A DNA stretch of 64,000 nt from Candidatus Saccharimonadota bacterium (GTDB lineage: Bacteria; Patescibacteriota; Saccharimonadia; Saccharimonadales; VXPC01), in contig JAPOWB010000009.1 of assembly GCA_026707815.1 (NCBI GenBank), forward strand, positions 70,752-134,751, read 5' to 3'. The position numbers and the translations under genes are program-made. A model generated the notes under the pieces. It searched no databases. It saw only the letters and a list, made by a program, of their open reading frames with translations, and was not told where the DNA came from. Positions within the stretch are counted from its first letter, which is position 1; each line of letters begins with the position of its first letter. This document shows, one piece after another, positions 38,001 through 46,726 of this stretch.

Positions 38001-39861
38001 AATATCTCAAATCAAAGAACTTATAGCCCAGAACAAGAGTTTTGTATTAAGCGGCGGACCGGGGAGCGGCAAGACCCATACACTGATTGAGACATTAAAG
38101 CATATATACACAGTGAATCCTATCGCTTCGGTGGCATGTATTACTTTCACTAATGCTGCGGTAGATGAGATAAGAGGCAGATACAAGCCACCTTCTGGCA
38201 GCCTGCTTACTTTGACAATTCATGATTTCCTATGGTCTTCAATATCAAATTTCCAGACTGATCTCAAGAGAGCCTTAGTATCTCTTCTGGCTGAAAATAG
38301 TAGATATTTTCAATATGACGGCAGCATGGTTATAGATGAAGAGTATCTTAAAACTGAAAATATCACTTATAGAGAGCAACATAATTTTGAAAGAGGAGTG
38401 GTTTCACATGACCAAGTTATACCACTGGCTAGAAAAATGTTTGAGAATCACAGCCTGTTGGCAGATATAGTGAATGATAGATATAGATACATATTAGTGG
38501 ACGAATATCAGGACACATTTGATGACGCATTGGTTATCCTGCTGCAATACCTAAAAACATCCAAGAAAAGAGGGGTTATTGGATTGTTCGGCGATGAAAT
38601 GCAGGCAATATATGAGAATAGTGCAAGCGCCAATAGGGAGCAATTAATCAAGGAGTCATGTGAATTGATCTCTAAGGAGGATAATAGAAGGAATCCAGCA
38701 CAAGTTATAGCATTAATCAATAAATTTCGGTCGGACGGGTTGGAGCAAATAGCATCAATTGAGGAATCTTCCCCGAATTACAGAAAAGAAGGTTCTATAA
38801 AGTTCATTTATTCAACGGTTAGCTACAGTATAAAGGATATTAAGAAGCTACAATTTTTCGATACTTGGGACTTTGGTAACTCTACTGCAACTAAGGAGCT
38901 TTATCTTACAAAGAAGCTCATAGCCGAGGAATCAGGCTTTGCGGGGCTAATGGACATATACACGAACGATCAAATAATAAAATATAAGTCACTGGTGTCG
39001 AAGAGAATTAAAGAAGATAATGTTGAAATCGATGAGAATGAAAGATTTGGTAAGATTATAGAGAGAATGGGGCTGCCCCAAGATAAAAAGACAAAAGATT
39101 TTATCTCAAAAAATGAAGATCTGTATGAGTTCGCGAAAAATCTGCCCTACAAATCTATCTCTGGAACATATTTAAAAGCGGATCAGCTTATAGGCCGTAA
39201 AAAGAAACAGCAGATACAATTGTCACAGACAGGAGATGACAGGGATGACCTAATAAATCATTTACTGGATATACAGGAGTGTATTTACTTATATTCAGGT
39301 AAGCAATACAACAAATTTATCCAGAAGACTGACTATAAGGTTGGATGCATTGCTGACAAGGAAACACTACGAGCATCCATAGAAAGCATGCGCCATATGG
39401 AAGAAGGGGTAATTAGCGCAGTCATCGAAGCCGCTAATCGTATGGGTATATGGCAAAAGGGTTCAGCAATCAAAAGCTTCCTGCAAACCAATCCTTATAC
39501 CTATTACAGAGTGGGACCTGTTAAATACAAAGAGTTGATTGCACTATATAATTACATAGAAGATTACACACCCTACTCTACTCAACACAATATAAAGGGC
39601 ACTGAGTACGACAATGTGTTTATTGTCCTAGATAACGGTAATTGGAATAAATATAATTTTCAATCTCTTTTTGAAAATTCTTCGAGTAATCAAGAAGCAC
39701 TTCAACGTACGACTAGGCTATTTTATGTTTGTTGTAGCAGGGCTAAAAACGAACTGGTTGTTTATTTTAACAGGCCGACTCAAGGTGTTATAAATGGTGC
39801 AAAAGAATTATTTGGTGAAGAAAACATTTTATGTATAGACAGCTTTGTTGCTGCATCCTGA
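37993..39861 (+). CDS. gajB: UvrD/PcrA-like SF1 helicase, GajB-like
   Basis: SGGPGSGKTHTL (motif I), LVDEYQDT (motif II), HNIKGTEYDNVFIVL and CCSRAKNELVVYF (motifs V/VI). ATG 37993 overlaps the gajA stop (ATGAATGA); the listed GTG at 37984 is an alternative. Confidence 0.8.
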   Translation: MNEISQIKELIAQNKSFVLSGGPGSGKTHTLIETLKHIYTVNPIASVACITFTNAAVDEIRGRYKPPSGSLLTLTIHDFLWSSISNFQTDLKRALVSLLAENSRYFQYDGSMVIDEEYLKTENITYREQHNFERGVVSHDQVIPLARKMFENHSLLADIVNDRYRYILVDEYQDTFDDALVILLQYLKTSKKRGVIGLFGDEMQAIYENSASANREQLIKESCELISKEDNRRNPAQVIALINKFRSDGLEQIASIEESSPNYRKEGSIKFIYSTVSYSIKDIKKLQFFDTWDFGNSTATKELYLTKKLIAEESGFAGLMDIYTNDQIIKYKSLVSKRIKEDNVEIDENERFGKIIERMGLPQDKKTKDFISKNEDLYEFAKNLPYKSISGTYLKADQLIGRKKKQQIQLSQTGDDRDDLINHLLDIQECIYLYSGKQYNKFIQKTDYKVGCIADKETLRASIESMRHMEEGVISAVIEAANRMGIWQKGSAIKSFLQTNPYTYYRVGPVKYKELIALYNYIEDYTPYSTQHNIKGTEYDNVFIVLDNGNWNKYNFQSLFENSSSNQEALQRTTRLFYVCCSRAKNELVVYFNRPTQGVINGAKELFGEENILCIDSFVAAS

Positions 39862-40072
39862 AACTATGCTAGTTGAAGTCCTAAACAAAGAGAGAGAAAG
39901 GGGGGATTGATCCAGTAGAAACTAAGGCTGATCCCTCTATCGCAGTACATTTACTTATCCAAGAGATTGACAAGCAATTTGTTAGGAGTGAAGATAACCG
40001 AAATAATTCTTCTGCTGAGAACAATCGCAACCCTTGGCAGGGAATTGATTGGTCCGACATAACGATACCCGC

Positions 40073-40363
40073 ATGAAAAAGAATAAAAGACTTTTCTCAC
40101 CTCTTGTCATTACGGGGGTTATTAGCGCCATTATTGTGATTTCTTCTATTTTCATGCTTGTTCATAGAGACGACAACCCCTCCGGGGTAGGCGACAGTCT
40201 CTACCCAGGCCTTGGCAACCCTGGTTACGATGTGCTTCATTATCAAATCGAACTCAACGTGACACCGTTAATTAATCACATTGTGGCAAAAACCCTGATT
40301 ACAGCACAAGCTGAAAAAGACTTGAAGGTATTCAACCTCGATCTATTGGGGTTAGAATCTATC
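40073..40363 (+). pseudogene. N-terminal fragment of an M1-family aminopeptidase (signal/TM plus first beta-domain only)
   Basis: GDSLYPGLGNPGYDVLHYQIELNV...LKVFNLDLLGLES matches the start of M1 aminopeptidases. Similarity and the G+C-richer composition both end near 40363, and the frame then runs into AT-rich DNA. Confidence 0.65.
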
Positions 40364-40385
40364 AATTGCGAATATTGGTATAATT

Positions 40386-40956
40386 ATGGCAATGAATTCA
40401 AACCAACAATTGCGAAGCGGGGTTTTTATAGATGGGTCTAATGTGATGTGGGGTTCATTAACGATCTCAAAAGAAAAGAGGTGGCTGATTGATTTTGCAA
40501 AGCTAAAAACTTATCTCGAAAAAGAATACAAGCCACTTTTTGTTAAATATTATGGCATTGAAGACATTAAGCCTAGAGAGGCTAGATTTAAGGCTAGAGC
40601 AAAATTTATGGCTCATATTTATAGAAAATTAACCCAATTAGGCTACGAATTAATAACCAAACCCTTAAAATACATTAGGCTTCAAGATGGCAGGTTTACA
40701 ACTAAGGGCGATATGGATGTTGAAATCACGATGGGGGATTATGGACAACATGGATACTTTAGACAGAATTATCTTAATCTCTGGAGATAGTGATTATTTG
40801 CCTTTGATTGAGCGTATGCACAATAAGAGCAAACAAATAATTATTATCGCCTTTGATAAATTGTTGGCTTGGGAGTTGCGTACTTTTACTCAGAATAATA
40901 AAAATTGTAAATATACGAAGATAGAATCAATTAGAGGTCAAATAGAGTTGAAATAA
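40386..40956 (+). pseudogene. NYN/LabA-like (DUF88) domain gene interrupted by a frameshift at a G5 run
   Basis: ORF 40386..40790 has GVFIDGSNV...KGDMDVEIT. ORF 40687..40956 has LDRIILISGDSDYLPLIE. Removing one G from 40733-40737 joins them as ...EITMGIMDNMDTLDRIILISGDSDY. Confidence 0.75.
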
Positions 40957-41005
40957 CATTGATTTTTGAATAAAAATACCTTATAATACGAAATGTAAAG
41001 ATTTT

Positions 41006-41035
41006 ACCCCCTCTGTTTGGAGGGGGGTCTTTTTA
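41006..41035 (+). terminator. Rho-independent terminator after the NYN gene
   Basis: ACCCCCTC-TGTTTG-GAGGGGGGT followed by CTTTTTATTT. Confidence 0.7.
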
Positions 41036-41100
41036 TTTAAAACATCTACTCTCAAAAGAAAAACTTACTCAATAATTGAGATATATGTAATTTACGGCAG

Positions 41101-41583
41101 ATGTCAATCATAGCGTTTATTCAATTTGTAAGACAGACAATAAAATCCAAAAAGCATTTATATTTTGGAATATTACTTGTCTTGTTGGCGGGGATTCTTT
41201 TATATTATTCTTTGGGGCTACCATTCAGTTGGAAATGGCAAACATGGATACATTCACCAACTTGGGCTGATTATGGACTATTAAGTTTATTAGTTTTTAT
41301 TGGACCAGGAGCTTTACTGTACAAATTGGGGTTTTATCGGGCACTGCATCAATTATTGGGTAGTTCCGGGCTATATGGATTATTCAAATTTGCAACCTGG
41401 CTGGCTATGGTAGTCATAGTACTAGTGCTTATATGGGCTATTGTTTGGTTCGCAAATTTAATGATTAATCTGTTTTATAACGGTTTAATTATTGTGATAA
41501 TTGCAATTCCATCTATTCTAATAGCTTTTCTTTTGCTGGTGATAATAAATTATTCCAATCAAAAAATTAATAAATCACACTAG
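41101..41583 (+). CDS. Integral membrane protein, hypothetical
   Basis: Four or five hydrophobic helices. No family recognised. Confidence 0.45.
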   Translation: MSIIAFIQFVRQTIKSKKHLYFGILLVLLAGILLYYSLGLPFSWKWQTWIHSPTWADYGLLSLLVFIGPGALLYKLGFYRALHQLLGSSGLYGLFKFATWLAMVVIVLVLIWAIVWFANLMINLFYNGLIIVIIAIPSILIAFLLLVIINYSNQKINKSH

Positions 41584-41666
41584 CATATTTATGCTTAATC
41601 GAGGCAAGATTTAAATAGAGATTGCTAAAACTCTTAAAATAAAAATCTGATTAAGTCTTTCTTTGT

Positions 41667-42489
41667 TTAAGTTAGATTTAATGATCCAATATAATATTCA
41701 TCAGGTTTATTTTTGCACTGATTATTTTCCAGAAAGCCAACTTCATAATTCTGATTCCCCACAAACACATCCACAACTCTAGCACTAAAATAAAACACTA
41801 TATCCCCAGCAGAATTCTGGGTAATTGTATTATAATCCGGATAATTATATAAATCCTCTGAAGATCCTTCTCCTATAACAATAATGTCAGGATCTAATTG
41901 ATTTAGCCATTTTTTAGGTATTTTGCCAGACTTTCTGCCATGATGTGCAGCAAAAAGGACATTAACTTTTTGCAATTGAATTTCATCAATAATTGATTCC
42001 ATAAATTCTGTTTCCAGATCACATCCATAATGCTGTTGCTCCATTTTTTCTGCTATAGCTTATTATTGGTGATATATTATTGGGGCTACCTCCATTTTTT
42101 GCAATTTCTAACGCATTCTTAAAATTTATATTTTTAGGGATTGGCCAAAGGATATTCAGTCCAGCACATCCTCGTTCACTATCACTTATATTCATCCATT
42201 TTCTCTCGCATCCCCTATAAAGGTAAAAGGCTTTATCTTTATTATCTCTCAGAACACAATAGTGTTTAAAATCTTCTGTTTCATCCTCTTTTGAAGCTTC
42301 ATTTTTCACACAGTAAAAATTTAAGATAGTATTTTGTTTGTCAATTTCTTTTAAACCAGTAAAATGATCTTGGTCTGGGTGTGTTGATATAAATCGAGCA
42401 ACACATTTTTTACTATAGTGATGCTTTATTTCGGCTAAAATTTTGTTACGCTTTTTAAAATCTTCGCTGGGAAGACAACAGTCTATCAT
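41667..42489 (-). pseudogene. Metallo-beta-lactamase-fold (ComEC/Rec2-type) hydrolase remnant, N-terminally truncated and frameshifted
   Basis: The STHPDQDHFTGL (HxHxDH-type) motif is in ORF 42019..42489. LFAAHHGRKSG is in ORF 41667..42044. The frames switch inside the 26-nt overlap (...GATALWM* versus ...GCDLETEF). Confidence 0.65.
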
Positions 42490-42710
42490 CGTAAAATTGT
42501 CAGAAGAGATTTGATGAATACCTTGTAATCTCCTAAATCCCCTAATTGCGCTCTAGCCTTGCCGGAATGCGCCTGGGTCTGTTTACCATCCAATGAATAA
42601 TCTTTGATATTAAAGTAGGGCGGCGATGTGATTACGAGATCTATAGATGCACTCGGTATCTCAGACATATCTGATGCATCTTTATAAAAAACTTTGTCTA
42701 TATAATTCAT
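42486..42710 (-). pseudogene. 5' fragment (74 codons) of a beta-class N4/N6 DNA methyltransferase
   Basis: SIDLVITSPPYFNIKDY is catalytic motif IV near the N-terminus. The ORF stops after 74 aa at an ATGA junction with the MBL remnant. Confidence 0.7.
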
Positions 42711-42801
42711 GTAAGATCAAGCAGAGTCATTAAATAAGCGAACTCCTAGCATTCGTCACACCCAAGCAGAGATAGTTTTTTCTCTCCATTGCTCCAGATT
42801 A

Positions 42802-42878
42802 GATGCTAACTATATGTTAGCATCTTTCTTGTTATCAATCATAGCATAGCCCATCAGTTCCTGCTAACTATGTGTTAG
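42802..42878. promoter_or_regulatory. Two CTAAC-N5-GTTAG palindromic operator-like boxes upstream of the HTH gene
   Basis: GATGCTAAC-TATAT-GTTAGCATC (42802-42824, 9-bp perfect arms) and CTAAC-TATGT-GTTAG (42864-42878). Confidence 0.55.
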
Positions 42879-42885
42879 TGGTGCT

Positions 42886-43149
42886 ATGTCCCGCACTCCG
42901 CTATGTTTTAGAGTGATGAAGCGTAACGCTAAAGAATTACACCTCTTGCGCCTGAAGCTTGGGAAGCGCGTGCAGAACATACGCAAGCAAAGAGGCTATA
43001 CACAAGAGGGTCTTGCTGCTATATCTGGACTTGATAGAGTATCAATCGGTTATATAGAACAAGGGCGGCGAACGGCACAACTTGGCACACTGTTGATACT
43101 TGCAAAGAGCTTACAAGTGAAATTGTCAGATTTTTTCAATGGTATCTAG
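42886..43149 (+). CDS. XRE-family HTH regulator, controller (C-protein)-like
   Basis: LGKRVQNIRKQRGYTQEGLAAISGLDRVSIGYIEQGRR is the classical HTH_3 pattern. It is divergent from the methylase fragment. An alternative start is at 42916. Confidence 0.75.
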   Translation: MSRTPLCFRVMKRNAKELHLLRLKLGKRVQNIRKQRGYTQEGLAAISGLDRVSIGYIEQGRRTAQLGTLLILAKSLQVKLSDFFNGI

Positions 43150-43416
43150 TTTTGTAAAAGCTTCCATCGAACCCCATTGTTTAATTGCCTTCAGTGAAAA
43201 CTGAACACCCCTTGCCTGATAGATTATCGTTCAGGCAGAGGTTTCATTCGGGGTGACTGTTACGGTCAGTGTCAGCACCTAAAACTTTCTGTATATACAA
43301 CAAAAGCTTTACATTTAGCATCTGCTTTTCTATAATATGTGTAATACGTTATCGTAGGAGGATGCGTCGCTAATGACCGTCGTAAAGAAGCTAGCCGAAA
43401 GGTGGCTTTTTTATTT

Positions 43417-44217
43417 TCAGGCAATTAAGAAGCAACAAGGCTCTCTCCTGTCTTTAGCTTGTACTCTGAGATAGTACTTAGGTTGCAGCAGTGGAATAAT
43501 CTGTTGCGTGAAGCGACTGTTCACTCCCTCTATTACATTGTTTTTGGTAAGTACATCTAGGTTGGAGGCCAAAACTAACAGGTCAGCCAATTCCAACCCG
43601 GTAATATCCGACGTTTTAGTTTTAATCTTCAGAGATTTGCTGGTTAACACCTTCCTGAAGGATACTCCATCTAGATGCGAACCTCCGGCTTTATAGGCGG
43701 TTAGGTATTCTTGGGAGAGCTGGATGTCTTCTTTTTTGCCCCTGCCTTCCACCATAACATCCCCTCTACCACTATGTGCGAGCAAATAATCTACGTAGCA
43801 TTCTAGTAGGACAGAAAAGCAGTAGTGATAGGGGTGCATGGGGGTTTTGTACCGTTGCTGATGAGAGTGCTTATCTAAAACAACAGTGAATAGTACAAAA
43901 TTCAAGTCCCTGATTATAGACAGAACTGTCTTGTTCCAGCGTGCCTCTGTTGGTTTGTCTAATAGGCGTGAAAAAACACCTTGGCGATTAGCAATTTCCT
44001 GTCGGTGTATGCCTACCCCCTCATCAGGATCTTGCGTAATAATCGATTTAAGATTTCTGAACCTGGGCTGTAAGTCGTTGCGATTGTGATCTTCGCGTAT
44101 CGCTACGCCAATGAGCGCTAGATAACGTTTACCTACAGCTTCACTTGCCGAATAAGAATGCGTGCCAGACTCGTCTACATACATTCTATATTTAGTGTCA
44201 GATGGGGATTGATCCAT
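43417..44217 (-). CDS. DUF3800-family protein
   Basis: YVDESGT lies close to the N-terminus when started at ATG 44217 (MDQSPSDTKYRMYVDESG). The listed GTG start at 44262 lies inside the IS terminal repeat and is rejected. Confidence 0.65.
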   Translation of the reverse strand: MDQSPSDTKYRMYVDESGTHSYSASEAVGKRYLALIGVAIREDHNRNDLQPRFRNLKSIITQDPDEGVGIHRQEIANRQGVFSRLLDKPTEARWNKTVLSIIRDLNFVLFTVVLDKHSHQQRYKTPMHPYHYCFSVLLECYVDYLLAHSGRGDVMVEGRGKKEDIQLSQEYLTAYKAGGSHLDGVSFRKVLTSKSLKIKTKTSDITGLELADLLVLASNLDVLTKNNVIEGVNSRFTQQIIPLLQPKYYLRVQAKDRREPCCFLIA

Positions 44218-44238
44218 GATTACGAGAGTATTTTCATC

Positions 44239-44247
44239 AGTTATTAT
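44239..44247. repeat. Target-site duplication, left copy (AGTTATTAT)
   Basis: Identical 9-mer abutting both IS ends. Confidence 0.9.
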
Positions 44248-45567
44248 CTTAACCACCTGCACTTTTCAACAATCTGACAAATTGTGAAATTAAATTATTA
44301 CTAAAAACTTCTTAAAACATCATATATTCTAAGAGCTTTTAAATCTTCGCAATGGGTTTTCAAAAGCTTAAGACAAACCAATTGCACCCCTTTAACACAA
44401 GGCACATACTTTAAAAATACTTTTTAAAAAGTTTAACTTAGATTTTAAGATCTCAAAAGTAATCACAGTCTAAGATGGAAGGATCTATTGAGAGCTAGTT
44501 TTTGCCAAACTTCAAATAAATAATTAAACCAGCTCAAAAGCTTATGATTATTAATTTTTCTCAAACCAGCTTTCAGTTTGGTTTTATTAATAGAGGTAAA
44601 TAGCAAGATCCAACCCAAAAAGACAAATAACAACATCAGTTTCATTGATTGAACCAGCTTTAGTCGAAGATCCTTGAGTCCCTGAGTCCATTTCAGATCT
44701 TTAAAAGTAGATTCTATCTGCCATCGCTTTCGATATTTATTAAGAATCCGCTGTCGAGAAAAAGACTGAGGTAGATTAGTCAACAGAAACCAAGCTTCAC
44801 TGAAAGTCTCTTTAGAAGACATGATAAGTCTCTAAGTCTTAGCTCTTGGTATTCAATCTCTGTCTCATAATTAGCTAGCTCTTTGATAACATTCTTGCCC
44901 CAAGGAGTCTCTACATTTTTGTCAGTCTTTGTTCGTAAGATAAAGCCAATGTCAGCTTGGTTTAAAAACTTCATCAGTTTGAAATTTCCAAAGAATCGAT
45001 CAGCGCTAATCAATTGGTTGTATTTGAGGGTAATCTGCGACAATTTTTCAATCAATCCCTTCAGTTCTTTAAGAAGAGGCTCAATAGCTGGATTACGACT
45101 ACCTTGATTGATCTGACTCCAAATAGGCAGAGCTCTGCCAAACTGAGTCTGCAAACCAATGACAGCCACAGTAAAGCCCCCGATTTGAGTATGATCTAGA
45201 TTAAAGTAAACCTCACCCCTAGTTTTACTTAAAACAGACCTCAGAAGTTGCTGAGCTACGAGCTCAGCCAGAAGCTCATCATTAATTAGTCTATAAATAC
45301 GAGATAAGCCAGTTTTAGGCTTGACATTTAAAGTTCGACCGCTGGTATTTAAAGACTTAAACCTAACCAGTGATAGAGCTTCTACGCCTGTTTGGAATCT
45401 TCTTCGTTTATTTTGGGGTAAATTCTGTCCAATCTGATTGACTAAGCTTTTCAATTTCTGTACTTTAATCATTAAGTGACCTCTTTGTTTTATTTTTTAT
45501 TAATTATTATTTATTAATAAAATAACTGGTCACTTTTGTTTTTGTCAAAAAAGTGCAGGTGGTTAAG
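44248..45567 (-). mobile_element. IS4-like insertion sequence (1320 bp) with 19-bp perfect terminal inverted repeats and a 9-bp target-site duplication
   Basis: IRs are CTTAACCACCTGCACTTTT at 44248-44266 and its reverse complement at 45549-45567. Direct repeat AGTTATTAT occurs at 44239-44247 and 45568-45576. Confidence 0.9.
44463..45472 (-). pseudogene. DDE transposase (IS4-type YREK signature) split into two frames
   Basis: orfA 45472..44780 has DHTQIGG and ISADRFFG. orfB 44822..44463 has YRKRWQIESTFKDLK. The frames overlap by 43 nt with no obvious slippery heptamer. Confidence 0.8.
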
Positions 45568-45576
45568 AGTTATTAT
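45568..45576. repeat. Target-site duplication, right copy (AGTTATTAT)
   Basis: Identical 9-mer abutting both IS ends. Confidence 0.9.
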
Positions 45577-45638
45577 AGGTCAGATTACAGTAATGTTAAA
45601 ATGCAATAGATTAATACGCATACAAAATGTTATGACAT

Positions 45639-46598
45639 TCAATTTCGGGATAATAACCATTTTGATGGGAAATTAGCTGTCAGCAAATTGCTAGATGGAC
45701 GATAATATTGTTTCGGTCGTTTGCCTAAAATTTCTTGATTTAAGGAAGGAGCAGCTAGTCGAGTATATTTATCAACTTCACAAAAAACATTCTGAATATC
45801 AATTAATTGCATTGGTCGACCTCTCAAATTTTGCCAAGGTAATTTTCTCTTTCTAAATTCTTCATCCTGATTTTTAGTCGCCCAGCTGATAAATTGACTG
45901 GCGTTAGCTTTAGTGACATTAGCAAAACATTTACGTAATCCCCTCAAGGATCCAGGACCAGCAACCACAAAATCATTTTCTGAAAATTGTAAATGGGGTG
46001 AATAATTAAGATCAATAATAAATTGATAGGCCAAAAAATCTCCAATAGAATGATATGAGCGCAAAATCAGAAAAGCTTCTTCCATGGTCTTAGCAGATTG
46101 GATTAATTGTGGAACTTGGTTTTTAATCATTAATCTCAATAAATCTAGGTGACCTATATATTTTAAGCCTCTGCCTCGATAATAGGGTGGCATAACATAA
46201 GCGGGATTATATAACGGTTGGATTTTCATCAATGCTTCTAAGGTTCTATCTATGCGTTTACTCAGTAGGTCATCTAATTTCAATTGACCAAGTTGTGAGA
46301 CTAAATACTGCCAAGTATCAATTCTGTTGAATAATTTAAAGATCATGGTTCGAGCAAAAGTATTCAACCAATCCCAAGCCTGATTATATTGAACATGATT
46401 AATTAAATACTGACTAACTCTATCAGTTGCTCGATAAACATTAGTAAATCTATATGTATTGAGAATAGGATCATCACTAAAAGGTGGTTGTTTACCAGCT
46501 AATTGCAAATAATAAATTTGCTGGCGTTGAGAAGTATATTGCCAAAAATAATCAAATCCTTTAAGGGTTGTCGGTTGAAAATCAGGGCTTAATGGCAT
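45639..46598 (-). CDS. Putative DNA base hypermodification protein (aGPT-pyrophosphorylase / 5-hmdU-kinase-helical-domain superfamily-like)
   Basis: FDYFWQYTSQRQQIYYLQLAGKQPPFSDDPILNTYRFTNVYRATDRVSQYLI matches my recollection of the conserved N-terminus of this family (YW.F..ERQ....R..G...PWT.DPIL....FTN.YRA.DRVSQYLI). ATG 46598 is preceded by AAAGGAG; the listed TTG start is rejected. Confidence 0.55.
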   Translation of the reverse strand: MPLSPDFQPTTLKGFDYFWQYTSQRQQIYYLQLAGKQPPFSDDPILNTYRFTNVYRATDRVSQYLINHVQYNQAWDWLNTFARTMIFKLFNRIDTWQYLVSQLGQLKLDDLLSKRIDRTLEALMKIQPLYNPAYVMPPYYRGRGLKYIGHLDLLRLMIKNQVPQLIQSAKTMEEAFLILRSYHSIGDFLAYQFIIDLNYSPHLQFSENDFVVAGPGSLRGLRKCFANVTKANASQFISWATKNQDEEFRKRKLPWQNLRGRPMQLIDIQNVFCEVDKYTRLAAPSLNQEILGKRPKQYYRPSSNLLTANFPSKWLLSRN

Positions 46599-46726
46599 GA
46601 TGCTTACTCCTTTCACGAGATGCAATATTGAAATTTGTCCTTAAAGTTAAAAAACATAATTGGAAATGTTGACGACTAAAGACAATAATCTGAGCCAATT
46701 TGCTAAATAATATTGCAGAGACTGCT

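Noticed and set aside
36938-38720. Antisense ORFs inside the gajA-like and gajB-like genes (36938.., 36948.., 37259.., 38508..)
   Set aside because: They are shadow ORFs opposite long ATPase and helicase genes with clear Walker and Toprim motifs.
40049-40441. 130-aa ORF taken as an intact gene
   Set aside because: Only the first 105 or so residues resemble an M1 aminopeptidase, which is normally several hundred residues long. The remainder is read-through into AT-rich DNA overlapping the NYN gene start. It is annotated as a fragment instead.
9068-40737. Treating the frameshifts (hsdM G9, NYN G5) as proven biological phase variation
   Set aside because: Homopolymer length errors are a common sequencing and assembly artefact. 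Without reads I can only say the frame changes coincide with the tracts. The hsdM and hsdS tracts are flagged as candidates because of their length, uniqueness and functional placement. The NYN G5 is treated as a simple lesion or possible error.
43396-43500. 33-codon ORF (MTVVKKLAERW...) downstream of an AGGAGG, antisense to the DUF3800 3' end
   Set aside because: The spacing from the SD-like sequence is long and the ORF overlaps a convergent gene end and a terminator-like T-run. There is no supporting feature.
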